From a virus (taxonomy: Duplodnaviria; Caudoviricetes), in the IMG/VR virus record IMGVR_UViG_3300025296_000125, positions 1 through 24,413 of that record: a stretch of 24,413 bases of DNA, one strand, 5' to 3'. Each line of letters opens with the position of its first letter. The stretch's first letter is position 1. This document shows positions 1 through 8,661 of this stretch, piece by piece. A program made the position numbers and the translations under genes. Below the pieces are notes generated by a model. It was not told the origin of the DNA. It did not search any database and saw nothing but the letters and a program-made list of their open reading frames with translations.

Positions 1-869
1 GAAGTCTGTTCAGCGGAATCGGCGGGATTGATCTTGGCTTTGAGTGGGCGGGTATCGAAACCAGGTGGCAAGTCGAAATTGACGACTATTGTCAGAAACT
101 TCTTTCAATCCGGTTTCCTCATACTAAAAAATTTACCGATGTTCGTAAAGTTGGTTCACATAATCTTGAAAAAGTGGACATTATTAGCGGTGGTTTTCCT
201 TGCCAAGACATTTCAGTTGCCGGGAAAGGTGCGGGGATAGAAGGTGAAAGGTCTGGTCTTTGGACAGAGTTGCACCGCGTTATTAGCGAGTTACGACCAA
301 GATTCGCGTTCATTGAGAATGTCCCAATGCTCACTATTCGGGGGGGGGTCAGAGTTATTAGCGACCTTGCCGAAATCGGGTATGGTGCAGAATGGCAAAT
401 TGTGGGAGCAGACGATGTGGGTGCGTGGCACAGAAGGAAACGGATTTGGATTGTGGCCTACCCCGAACACAATGGATTATCTGCCACCGATGGACAAAGA
501 AAAAAGACTAAATCACCCAAGCCGACCGGGAAGAAAAGTGTCGGGGAATTTGAGGGAAGAAGTGATTTACAGGATGTTCCCGACACCTTCAGCAACACCA
601 AGAGGACCACATACGGGGAAGGAATCGGGGAGCATCAACATATCAAACAATTCCAGAACATCAGCAAAGGGAGTAAAATTCGGAGCAACATTACAGACAG
701 TCGTGGGTTCTGGTCAGTTGAATCCGACGTGGGTCGAGTGGCTCATGGGATACCCAAGCGGGTGGACAGACTTAAAGGTATCGGAAACGCAGTTGTCCCG
801 CACATCCCCTATATCATCGGAAAGCGACTTAAAGAATTATGCCAAAGAAACCAAGCCGAAAAACATTAG
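1..869 (+). CDS. C5 DNA cytosine methyltransferase, main polypeptide (5' end outside the window)
   Basis: The frame is open from position 3: SLFSGIGG (motif I), GGFPCQ (IV), FIENV (VI), HRRKRIWIV (VIII) and DRLKGIGNAVVP (X). No motif IX is visible in this frame. Confidence 0.92.
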   Translation, partial: SLFSGIGGIDLGFEWAGIETRWQVEIDDYCQKLLSIRFPHTKKFTDVRKVGSHNLEKVDIISGGFPCQDISVAGKGAGIEGERSGLWTELHRVISELRPRFAFIENVPMLTIRGGVRVISDLAEIGYGAEWQIVGADDVGAWHRRKRIWIVAYPEHNGLSATDGQRKKTKSPKPTGKKSVGEFEGRSDLQDVPDTFSNTKRTTYGEGIGEHQHIKQFQNISKGSKIRSNITDSRGFWSVESDVGRVAHGIPKRVDRLKGIGNAVVPHIPYIIGKRLKELCQRNQAEKH

Positions 870-882
870 TCAGAAACCTTGA
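244..882 (+). CDS. Overlapping alternative-frame ORF, probable second (motif IX-bearing) polypeptide of the methyltransferase
   Basis: A 212-codon open frame lies almost entirely inside the MTase gene. It has LWPTP/MFPTP segments and LNPTWVEWLMGYPSGWT, which resembles C5-MTase motif IX. The start codon is uncertain. Confidence 0.7.
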   Translation: MKGLVFGQSCTALLASYDQDSRSLRMSQCSLFGGGSELLATLPKSGMVQNGKLWEQTMWVRGTEGNGFGLWPTPNTMDYLPPMDKEKRLNHPSRPGRKVSGNLREEVIYRMFPTPSATPRGPHTGKESGSINISNNSRTSAKGVKFGATLQTVVGSGQLNPTWVEWLMGYPSGWTDLKVSETQLSRTSPISSESDLKNYAKETKPKNISQKP

Positions 883-1210
883 CAAAGCCGTATCAGAATA
901 CATCAGAAACCGAGATGAATACTGTGTCGTTTGCGGCTCTCCAAAAAATCTCACGAATGGACATCTATTCTCACGGATCGCATATTCAACCAGGTGGGAC
1001 GTATCGGCTGACGGGAATAATCATTGCCAATGTCTTTCATGCAATTTTAAACACGAGTTCGATCCGTACCCGTTTTCCGAATGGTATCGACAGAAATTCG
1101 GAGAAGAAAAATATCACGAACTTCACAGGCGGTATAAGACCGTGCGAAAATTCAAGAACTATGAACTACAAGAATTATTGAAGGAAATTAAAAATGTTAA
1201 TACGCAATGA
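839..1210 (+). CDS. ninG: NinG/Rap-like recombination endonuclease (HNH-like, Zn-binding)
   Basis: The pattern LDKAVSEYIRNRD..CVVCG...GHLFSR...TRWD...N.HCQC.SCN is typical of the lambda NinG family. Confidence 0.8.
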   Translation: MPKKPSRKTLVRNLDKAVSEYIRNRDEYCVVCGSPKNLTNGHLFSRIAYSTRWDVSADGNNHCQCLSCNFKHEFDPYPFSEWYRQKFGEEKYHELHRRYKTVRKFKNYELQELLKEIKNVNTQ

Positions 1211-1586
1211 ACTTAAAAATTATGATTTTGAAGCCAATGAGAGGGTTCGGCTATATCGAGAAAAAGAAGGTGTGTATGCTCTTACTGTCTTTGATATTGT
1301 GACTTGCGATGGACTAACTGTTTTGTGGACATTTTGGAATAATTATGATCGGGAAAACGACGTATCCCGTTATACTTCTTTTTTTGAATCAATCCATTTT
1401 CATTTTCTGGAATATGGTTGGATTTCTGATAAACAAGTGAGAAAAATGAAAGACCTTTTTATAATTCCTGATTTATGGACTGGTGGCGAAATCCCAAAGC
1501 TGCCGGGTGAGTGCGATTTGTCAGAATTAAATGGAGAAACGCTTATGATAGAAACAGCAAAGAGAGAGATTGGCTTTAGTTTGTAA
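1194..1586 (+). CDS. Hypothetical protein
   Basis: 130-aa ORF overlapping the previous gene, with AAGGA upstream. Confidence 0.65.
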   Translation: MLIRNELKNYDFEANERVRLYREKEGVYALTVFDIVTCDGLTVLWTFWNNYDRENDVSRYTSFFESIHFHFLEYGWISDKQVRKMKDLFIIPDLWTGGEIPKLPGECDLSELNGETLMIETAKREIGFSL

Positions 1587-1662
1587 TGCCGAAGGAATCC
1601 ATGAATTATTATAAAAGAATTAGCATGATGCTAATAATCAAAAACAAAACAAGGAAAAGAAA

Positions 1663-2379
1663 ATGCAAACAGTAAATCAAGTCAAGATGACCCATGATTA
1701 CGGAAAATTCTCATTTCTTGAAGGAAATAGAATGGTAAACCCGTTAAACATAAGGCGATTAAGTGCTTCAATGGTTGAAAAACAAATACAAAATCCAATC
1801 GTTGTAAATGAAAATCACCGTATAATTGACGGTCAACACCGTTTTAGGGTTATGCTTGAAAACGAACTGCCCGTTTATTACATCGTTGTTGACGGTTTAG
1901 AATTGGAAGATGTTCACAGATTGAACACCAATCAAAAAAACTGGAACGCCGATGATTTTATGAATGGGTATATCCGGCTCGGAAATAAAGAGTATAAAAT
2001 CTATCGTGATTTTAAACAACGCTATGGATTCGGACATAAGGAATGTCAAGCGATGTTAACCGGAAGAAAACGGAACAACGCAGAAACATCAGAATTGTTT
2101 CGTAATGGCGGTTTCAAGGTTAAAACAATGTCAGAAGCAAAACGATGGGCGGAACAGATCGAAATGGTTGAACCGTACTATGATGGATATAAACGAAGAA
2201 CGTTTATTTATGCTATGCTTGATATGTTTGATGAACCGATATATGACCATGCTGAATTTATTCAGAAACTTGGTTATCAATCCGGGAAGTTGACAGATCA
2301 AACAACGGTAGAACATTACAAAATACTGATTGAATCGATTTTTAACTATCGCAGAAATCCAAAAGTAAGACTATACTAA
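1663..2379 (+). CDS. ParB/Srx-like N-terminal domain protein
   Basis: GNR..N motif and NPIVVNE..RIIDGQHR motif; AAGGA RBS. Confidence 0.8.
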   Translation: MQTVNQVKMTHDYGKFSFLEGNRMVNPLNIRRLSASMVEKQIQNPIVVNENHRIIDGQHRFRVMLENELPVYYIVVDGLELEDVHRLNTNQKNWNADDFMNGYIRLGNKEYKIYRDFKQRYGFGHKECQAMLTGRKRNNAETSELFRNGGFKVKTMSEAKRWAEQIEMVEPYYDGYKRRTFIYAMLDMFDEPIYDHAEFIQKLGYQSGKLTDQTTVEHYKILIESIFNYRRNPKVRLY

Positions 2380-2412
2380 ACAAAAAAACAGGGGGGCGGA
2401 AAACCGCCCCCC
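2380..2412 (-). terminator. Intrinsic terminator-like hairpin with its U-tract on the minus strand
   Basis: GGGGGGCGG-AAAA-CCGCCCCCC forms a 9-bp stem (2391-2412). It is preceded by an A-tract on + and has no T-tract after it on +. Confidence 0.65.
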
Positions 2413-2419
2413 GATAATT

Positions 2420-2791
2420 ATGGATAAACAAGTAGCAATAAGTCTAAAACGTGAAGCGGAAATAACGGCTGAAAAGTTTTCTAATGTAAACAGGGATAAC
2501 AATTTCAACGGGGAAACATTTTGGATTAATGAGATCATACCATTATCCGCACAATCGGCAATGGTAGTATATGAAAAGACAACCGGGAAAAAAGCGTTGG
2601 CACATTTTATTCATATCAGAAAACAAAAAAGATGGATTTATTATTTTATGGGGGCAGCACACTTCTTAAATTTAGATTTATTAACTGAAAAATATGCAGA
2701 GATAGAAGAATTTAATTTTCATTTGAACTTTGACCACATACCAAAGGAAAACAATGAGAGCAATATGTCCGAAATGCACCTCGACACATAA
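2420..2791 (+). CDS. Hypothetical protein
   Basis: 123-aa ORF in operon context. Confidence 0.65.
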   Translation: MDKQVAISLKREAEITAEKFSNVNRDNNFNGETFWINEIIPLSAQSAMVVYEKTTGKKALAHFIHIRKQKRWIYYFMGAAHFLNLDLLTEKYAEIEEFNFHLNFDHIPKENNESNMSEMHLDT

Positions 2792-3692
2792 TAGAAAAAA
2801 AGGTATAAGATATTCGCCTTCATTTGAAGGCAACGTACAAAGATGGTATTGCCATAGTTGCGGAAAACACTTTCAAACTCCGATAGATTCGCCGAAACAG
2901 GAATTACCAAAGATTCTTTTATTCGATATTGAAACTGCACCAATGGAAGTTTATGTGTGGCAGATAGATTATAAGCAATTTATTCCGCATACCAATATCA
3001 TCAAGGACGAGAATGGCGAGGAAAAATCTTGGTTTGTTTTATCGTGGGCCGCAAAGTGGCTATACGATGAAAGTGTTGTTTCTGATATAGTTACACCGGA
3101 TGAATCAATAAATAGAGATGACAAGCGAATTTTAAAATCTATCTGGAAACTACTCGATGAAGCCGACATTGTAATTGCTCACAATGGGGACCGGTTTGAT
3201 TTAAGAAAATTGAATGCACGTTTTATAGATAACGACATTAAACCGCCATCACCTTTCCGGTCCATCGATATGCTAAAGGTCGCCCGGAAGGAATTTGCCT
3301 TTGTATCAAACAAGCAAGATTATCTAACCAAACATCTCAAATTAAAACAAAAACTTGAAACGAATTTCCAACTTTGGGTGGATTGTATTCATGGATGCCA
3401 AAAGCAATTAAATAAAATGGAAGAATATAACCGACACGATGTAATGGGATTGGAACAAGTATATTTAAAACTTCGTCCTTATATCAAGAATCATCCGAAT
3501 CTGGGTGTATTGGTAGATATGGACGTTTGCCCGAATTGCGGTTGCGAATATTTAGACGAAACCGATTCAGTCTATTTCACAACGGCTAATAAATTCCCTG
3601 TGTATAGATGTCAAGGCTGCAAGACTCCTTACATTCGGGGCAAGAAAAACGTCAACCAGGACGATACAAATATGAGAAGTGTAGCAAAATGA
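2754..3692 (+). CDS. RNase H-like/DEDD (YprB/DnaQ-like) exonuclease with N- and C-terminal Zn ribbons
   Basis: ILLFDIET, IAHNGDRFD, SIDMLK and YNRHDV motifs, plus CPKC..CHSC and CPNC..CQGC. The ATG at 2754 follows AAGGA. Confidence 0.85.
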   Translation: MRAICPKCTSTHNRKKGIRYSPSFEGNVQRWYCHSCGKHFQTPIDSPKQELPKILLFDIETAPMEVYVWQIDYKQFIPHTNIIKDENGEEKSWFVLSWAAKWLYDESVVSDIVTPDESINRDDKRILKSIWKLLDEADIVIAHNGDRFDLRKLNARFIDNDIKPPSPFRSIDMLKVARKEFAFVSNKQDYLTKHLKLKQKLETNFQLWVDCIHGCQKQLNKMEEYNRHDVMGLEQVYLKLRPYIKNHPNLGVLVDMDVCPNCGCEYLDETDSVYFTTANKFPVYRCQGCKTPYIRGKKNVNQDDTNMRSVAK

Positions 3693-3898
3693 AGATACTA
3701 AAGCAAAAAGATTATGATGGAATGATTGCCGAAATCGGTGCTTTGAATGAAGAAATCGAAGAATTAAAAAAAGAAAAATTAAATCTTCAGAAGATATTGG
3801 GAATGATTCATCAACATATCCAGAAGTGGGGAAACAATAAGATCGGAAATTTAAGGGCGGTTGTTGAGATCGCAAAGTTTTTCGGGGTTGAAAAGTGA
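3689..3898 (+). CDS. Small coiled-coil hypothetical protein
   Basis: ATGA overlap with the exonuclease stop; MKILKQKDYDGMIAEIGALNEEIEELKKEK... Confidence 0.65.
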   Translation: MKILKQKDYDGMIAEIGALNEEIEELKKEKLNLQKILGMIHQHIQKWGNNKIGNLRAVVEIAKFFGVEK

Positions 3899-3947
3899 TA
3901 ATCGACATGGCAAAGGGCTGATTACTTGCCTAATCCCGGAAAGAATT

Positions 3948-4076
3948 ATGCCAAATAGAAAAGCAAAACAAAGAAAACGTGCAAAGATGCTTAAACGAAA
4001 GAGCATTGCCGAATACAAATCCAAGAAACGAAGGGAACGCAAGGATGCCAGAAAAGAAACAAATACAATTATCTAA
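3948..4076 (+). CDS. Small, highly basic protein
   Basis: MPNRKAKQRKRAKMLKRKS..., 42 aa and Lys/Arg rich. Confidence 0.55.
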   Translation: MPNRKAKQRKRAKMLKRKSIAEYKSKKRRERKDARKETNTII

Positions 4077-4270
4077 TGTGTAACCTTCACATATTCAGGC
4101 AATTAATTATGAATAAGAAAATAAAATCAAAAATTCACAAGGAATTGAAATTTCCCTATTATAAACGAATAAGAACAAGGGAAGGATTGATTGTTGAAAG
4201 AGTTGCTAATAAAAAAGATGAAAAAAGACTGAAAAAATACTTTCCAGAATCGTTTGAAAATAATAAGTAA
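4076..4270 (+). CDS. Small basic hypothetical protein (start may be a downstream ATG)
   Basis: TAATG overlaps at both ends. Confidence 0.5.
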   Translation: MCNLHIFRQLIMNKKIKSKIHKELKFPYYKRIRTREGLIVERVANKKDEKRLKKYFPESFENNK

Positions 4271-4581
4271 TGGATCAGGGTTACAATTTAGAAGCGGCGG
4301 AACAAGTAGAACTAAAGTTAAAACGATTGAATGTTACCGTTCTTGCGGCTGAATACCATTTTCACCGGGATCAATACGATTCAGATGAAATGAGATTCGC
4401 AATTGCAACTGAAAAGGCGTGGAAAATGATGACACAGAACCAAAAAGATGTATTTTATATGCACTTGGTACAACGTTTTTCATTTGCTGCGATTGCAGAC
4501 CTTCAAGGCAAAGACCCTTCGACAATTAGCCGCACATTCTCCGCAGCGTGTAAAAAAACACAAAAAAAAATCAACGAATAA
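4270..4581 (+). CDS. Sigma70 region 4-like HTH protein, putative late-gene regulator
   Basis: MTQNQKDVFYMHLVQRFSFAAIADLQGKDPSTISRTFSAACKK fits a region-4 HTH pattern. It is the last gene before the packaging operon. Confidence 0.7.
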   Translation: MDQGYNLEAAEQVELKLKRLNVTVLAAEYHFHRDQYDSDEMRFAIATEKAWKMMTQNQKDVFYMHLVQRFSFAAIADLQGKDPSTISRTFSAACKKTQKKINE

Positions 4582-4615
4582 CGTCAAAAACTATACACGT
4601 TTAGCCTATATATAG

Positions 4616-4702
4616 TAGAGGGGTATCCCGTTGCCCTACCCGGACCGTCCGTAAAGTCGGACATTAATTAGCCGGAAAACAGGAAAGATGGGCGTACCTC
4701 TA
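4616..4702 (+). promoter_or_regulatory. Candidate structured RNA leader of the late operon
   Basis: Nested complementary segments TAGAGG/CCTCTA, CCCGT/ATGGG, CCT/AGG, CCGG/CCGG and GTCCG/CGGAC lie in the non-coding gap, with a TATA-rich segment just upstream. Confidence 0.45.
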
Positions 4703-4711
4703 ATCGATTAG

Positions 4712-4858
4712 ATGATACGAAAACAAGGAAATAAATATATCCTTTATTCAAAAACTGGCAATCGCCGGTTAGGCACATTCCGTACCCGTGCCGCCGCAAC
4801 TCGCCGTGAAAGACAAGTCAAACGTGTAACATCAAAAGCAAAATATGGCAAAAGATGA
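4712..4858 (+). CDS. Small basic phage protein (not in ORF track)
   Basis: MIRKQGNKYILYSKTGNRRLGTFRTRAAATRRERQVKRVTSKAKYGKR, 48 aa. Confidence 0.6.
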   Translation: MIRKQGNKYILYSKTGNRRLGTFRTRAAATRRERQVKRVTSKAKYGKR

Positions 4859-5021
4859 AGGCGTTGCGCTCAATGTGGAACTGGTTGGCATCAAAAATCT
4901 CAAAACAACGCATACTTGGAGGTTGGAATTCGATGTGTATGAAATAGACTCCCACAAAGTAAAAGATTTGATGGACAAAATAGATCATCCTTTAGTAATG
5001 GCGTTAGTTGATAATGGATAA
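4845..5021 (+). CDS. Small hypothetical protein (not in ORF track)
   Basis: MAKDEGVALNVELVGIKNLKTTHTWRLEFDVYEID..., 58 aa, overlapping both neighbours. Confidence 0.65.
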   Translation: MAKDEGVALNVELVGIKNLKTTHTWRLEFDVYEIDSHKVKDLMDKIDHPLVMALVDNG

Positions 5022-5346
5022 AACGGAGGTAAATCGGAGAACTAACGGGCAGTTCGCCAAAGGATATTCTGGGAATATTGAAACACAATTCAAGGCAAAC
5101 AACAATGCTAATCCTAATGGGCGACACGGTGCAATGGCGGACCTATTCAAAGAACTTGCTGAAGTAAAAGATGGCAAAGGCAAGACCAGGAAAGAAAAGA
5201 TTTTAGATAAGATTTTAAAGATGGCAGAGAATGGATCGTTAAAGGCTGCCGAAATATACATGAACCGAGTGGAAGGCAAACCTACTGAATTTAGGGAAAC
5301 AACGGTTAAGACTGATCCTATCAAGGTGTTTGATTTTGAAGATTGA
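5014..5346 (+). CDS. terS: Terminase small subunit (putative)
   Basis: GQFAKGYSGN..., NPNGR and AENGSLKAAEIYMNRVEGKP motifs; lies directly upstream of TerL. Confidence 0.75.
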   Translation: MDKTEVNRRTNGQFAKGYSGNIETQFKANNNANPNGRHGAMADLFKELAEVKDGKGKTRKEKILDKILKMAENGSLKAAEIYMNRVEGKPTEFRETTVKTDPIKVFDFED

Positions 5347-6545
5347 AGTGGCAAAGAAACGCAGTACGCAAGGAAATAATAAACGATCCGCATCGGTTCA
5401 AGGTAATCGTGGCGGGGCGAAGATGGGGAAAAACTCACCTTGCTATAATGTGGCTGCTTTCGGAAGAAATTATGGAGAACAATTCCCTATGGTACATAGC
5501 ACCGACCTATCGCCAGGGGAAGATGATCGCGTGGCCGGTATTGAAACGACTCTTTCGTCATCATTCGGAAGCCAAGATCAACGAATCAGGGTTATCGGTT
5601 ATTTTATCTAATGGGGCAGAGATATGTATAAAGGGTGCTGACAATGAGGACTCATTAAGAGGTGCGGGAATCAACAAAGTTATCCTGGATGAATACGCTT
5701 ACTTCAAGCCTTATGTCTGGGAAGAAATCATACTGCCAATGTTAGCCACATCCAAAGGCCAAGCCATGTTCATCGGAACACCGTCTGGATATAACGCAAT
5801 GTATGATCTGTATCTAAAGGGGCAATCCGATACCGATTGGAAGTCCTGGCAGTTTAAGACAGTTGAAGGCGGGTTCGTTGAAAAAGATGAAATCAAACGT
5901 ATCCGATCTAATATGGACGGAAGATTATACCGTCAGGAAATGGAAGGATCGTTTGAAACCACAGGCAATCGCGCTGCTTATAACTTTGATCGTGAGATAC
6001 ATCTAAAGAAGGCAGAAGATATTGCACCGACTAAATGGATCGGGATGGACATGAATGTCGATTATATGACTGCCGTCCTTGCTTGTGAATACACCGATGG
6101 AACGGTTCATTATTATGATGAGATAAGACAATCCAATTCTAATACGGAAGCAATGTCAAAGGCTATGCGAAAGAATTGGCCTGAAGTTACCACGATATAT
6201 CCGGACCCGGCCGGTAGTGCCAGATCAACAACTTCACACCGCAGCGATCATTCAATACTTCGTGATTATGGTTATGCAGTCCGGGCAAAGAAATCCCATC
6301 CATCGCATATTGATCGGCTGAACGCATTGAATCGGAAGTTGGTTAATGCTAATGGGGATGTAACTATGACCATTGATCCGAAATGTAAGTATCTCATAAA
6401 AGATTTAGAGCAAGTACAACGGGACAAGAAGGGCGGGATCGATAAATCTAATATCGAATTAACACACGCGCTTGATGCCTGTTCCTATGCAATCGAATAT
6501 AAATGGCCTATAATTCGCCGTATTGGGGAGTCCGTTATATGGTAG
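5343..6545 (+). CDS. terL: Terminase large subunit
   Basis: Walker A AGRRWGKT, Walker B VILDEYA, coupling motif GTP, and nuclease motifs IGMD, YPDPAG and HALDA. Confidence 0.95.
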   Translation: MKWQRNAVRKEIINDPHRFKVIVAGRRWGKTHLAIMWLLSEEIMENNSLWYIAPTYRQGKMIAWPVLKRLFRHHSEAKINESGLSVILSNGAEICIKGADNEDSLRGAGINKVILDEYAYFKPYVWEEIILPMLATSKGQAMFIGTPSGYNAMYDLYLKGQSDTDWKSWQFKTVEGGFVEKDEIKRIRSNMDGRLYRQEMEGSFETTGNRAAYNFDREIHLKKAEDIAPTKWIGMDMNVDYMTAVLACEYTDGTVHYYDEIRQSNSNTEAMSKAMRKNWPEVTTIYPDPAGSARSTTSHRSDHSILRDYGYAVRAKKSHPSHIDRLNALNRKLVNANGDVTMTIDPKCKYLIKDLEQVQRDKKGGIDKSNIELTHALDACSYAIEYKWPIIRRIGESVIW

Positions 6546-6706
6546 CGTTCATTCTGGGTGCATCGGTAATGTTCAATCTTCTGTTTATAAGTATGTGGAT
6601 ATACGGAATGTGGATGCAAAAAAAGGACTTTAGAAATATGAAAAAGATTTTACGCAACGCACAGTTGCGACCTGACTTATACCAAGATTGGATGTTCGAA
6701 GCATGA
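6539..6706 (+). CDS. Small membrane protein
   Basis: Hydrophobic N-terminus MVAFILGASVMFNLLFISMWIYGMW; GGAG RBS; overlaps terL and the portal gene. Confidence 0.6.
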   Translation: MVAFILGASVMFNLLFISMWIYGMWMQKKDFRNMKKILRNAQLRPDLYQDWMFEA

Positions 6707-8025
6707 TGTCCGTAAACGATGTTGTCCTTCCAAGTTATTCTGAAGATATTGTACTTGATTCAATACGCCGCGCACAAAAGGGATTGGAAGAAAAGGAAAA
6801 CGCTGAACGTGCAACTGCTTTGGATTTCTATTATCACAAGAACGTGGACACACATATCGAACAATGGTTTTCAACTTCTACACTACAACAAGTTCCGGTA
6901 TTCCCACAAAAAATCGTTCCCCGCTTCGCCCGTGCCAGAAATATGATTTTCAAAAATTCCCCGAAGCGTATGATAAACGGCGAACAGGCAGACGATTATT
7001 TAGACATGACACATCATTTGGATACCAGGGCAAGAGAGTTCAATGAAACATCGTGGCTTACTGGACAGATGGGATTCCGCAGCCGGTGGGGAAAGGAAAG
7101 AGTTGAATACGATCTTATTCCATTCTTTAAAAGATATTATGTCCAAGGCGAATCAGAACCGTTTGGCGTATCGTATGAAGTTGGAAGGGATCATAAAAAC
7201 AATCGCATCTATGTATTCTGGTCTGTGGGAAGGGATGGAGAGCCTGGGATTCACCTAAAATTCGATCAAGCGGGGAGAACCATTCAAGTAAATTCCGAAA
7301 ATCGCAACCCATATTCGTTACTCCCTGTAACCTTTGTCGATTATAGTACAAGTGCAAGTGATGTAATCCGTGCTGCTATACAGATCGGGATTGCTAATAC
7401 TGAAATCGCTTTGGCTGAACGCTTTTCTTTTGGGCAGCCGGTAGCAACGGGTATCGAGGAAGCAACCAAGATGAAACTGGGAATAGACCGTGTACTGTTA
7501 CTCCCGGAAGGTGCAACATTCTCATTCGTGGGAAATCCCGGATCGTTAAAAGATATGATGGAAGTCGTTAAAGGCTTTGCCAATCAAGCAGCGGTGAACA
7601 ATCATCTGCGTATCAGGTGGGATGAATCAGGTAATCCGCCAAGCGGGACGGCATTGCGTTTACTTGAGATAGAAAATTTAGAATCAAGAATATCAGATAT
7701 ACCTAAATGGAAGGATTGGGAACATGAGAGGTATGAAGTGGATCGCGAGATTATACGCGTTCATACGAATAAAGATATGGGCGAAAATTATGCGGTAGAT
7801 TTCGCAGAGGTAGAGTTTCCTCAATCGCCACAGGATGAAAGAACACACCTGGAATGGATGATGGACAAAGGATTAATGAGCCGTGAAGATTTGATAAAGC
7901 ATTATAACCCGGACATAACCGAAGAAGATTTACAGTCACTTATGGAAAGAGTGGACCAAAGCAAACAGGCAGAAGCCGAAGCACAACGCCCGGAAACGGG
8001 ATTGGAAGGTATCTTTGCCGGATAA
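6703..8025 (+). CDS. Portal protein (SPP1-like)
   Basis: About 440 aa after TerL, with LDFYY, SGTALR and VDFAEVEFPQS..GLMSRED segments typical of SPP1-type portals. Confidence 0.8.
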   Translation: MMSVNDVVLPSYSEDIVLDSIRRAQKGLEEKENAERATALDFYYHKNVDTHIEQWFSTSTLQQVPVFPQKIVPRFARARNMIFKNSPKRMINGEQADDYLDMTHHLDTRAREFNETSWLTGQMGFRSRWGKERVEYDLIPFFKRYYVQGESEPFGVSYEVGRDHKNNRIYVFWSVGRDGEPGIHLKFDQAGRTIQVNSENRNPYSLLPVTFVDYSTSASDVIRAAIQIGIANTEIALAERFSFGQPVATGIEEATKMKLGIDRVLLLPEGATFSFVGNPGSLKDMMEVVKGFANQAAVNNHLRIRWDESGNPPSGTALRLLEIENLESRISDIPKWKDWEHERYEVDREIIRVHTNKDMGENYAVDFAEVEFPQSPQDERTHLEWMMDKGLMSREDLIKHYNPDITEEDLQSLMERVDQSKQAEAEAQRPETGLEGIFAG

Positions 8026-8239
8026 AATTGTTCAACACCTTAAAAAACTTGATACGCTTCGGGATAGAATTGATGAAAAGACGGATAGTATGTTTGAATT
8101 AATGGCTAAAAATGTTGATTTATTAATGAAAAATCCGAAAAACTTTATGAAAGCAATTTCTGTTGAATTTCTAAAGGAAGAAAAAGACCTATTCTCGAAA
8201 GCGAGAAAAGAAGGAAAGCAGTTAAAAAAGATTCTATGA
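8015..8239 (+). CDS. Hypothetical protein
   Basis: 74-aa ORF overlapping both neighbours. Confidence 0.55.
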   Translation: MPDKIVQHLKKLDTLRDRIDEKTDSMFELMAKNVDLLMKNPKNFMKAISVEFLKEEKDLFSKARKEGKQLKKIL

Positions 8240-8661
8240 TAAAACTTGAAAGAAACTTTAAACCTTTAGATCGGGTAATCCCCGCTGATTTACATGAGCA
8301 AATTAATGTTGGAATTGATTTGATTGCTAAAGATATACAGAATGGAATCGAAGGGGGGGCGCAGTTCGGTAAGAGATTTACGCCTAATTCACCGACAACG
8401 GAGAAAAGTAAAGGCTTTAACCATCCTTTAAAAGCAACTGGTCTTATGATGGATAAAGATAGAATGATTAAAACCAGAGCAACAAAGCAGAAACAAGAAG
8501 GAACATTGCGACCTAATGAAGAACGTATTGATATTGGTTTTTATCATAACGAAGGTAAAGGAGTTCCACTTCGTCCCTGGTTTGGAATATCAGCGGATGC
8601 AGAACGAAAAGTAATGACTAAAATAGAAAAAAGTTTTGATCGTGCCATCAACCGACTCTGA
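8236..8661 (+). CDS. Virion morphogenesis protein (Mu gpG/P2 gpS-like)
   Basis: PLKATGLM and IGFYHNEGKGVPLRPWFGIS motifs. Confidence 0.7.
   Translation: MIKLERNFKPLDRVIPADLHEQINVGIDLIAKDIQNGIEGGAQFGKRFTPNSPTTEKSKGFNHPLKATGLMMDKDRMIKTRATKQKQEGTLRPNEERIDIGFYHNEGKGVPLRPWFGISADAERKVMTKIEKSFDRAINRL

Noticed and set aside
839-1210. Free-standing homing endonuclease for the capsid introns
   Set aside because: The motif pattern fits NinG/Rap recombination nucleases, and the gene is about 9 kb from the introns.
2754-2880. IS1-like insertion sequence
   Set aside because: Only a Zn ribbon fused in frame to an exonuclease is present; no transposase or terminal inverted repeats are seen.
4616-4702. tRNA, SRP RNA, hammerhead/HDV ribozyme or c-di-GMP riboswitch
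   Set aside because: I could not find the required conserved cores by eye. It is kept only as an unclassified structured element.
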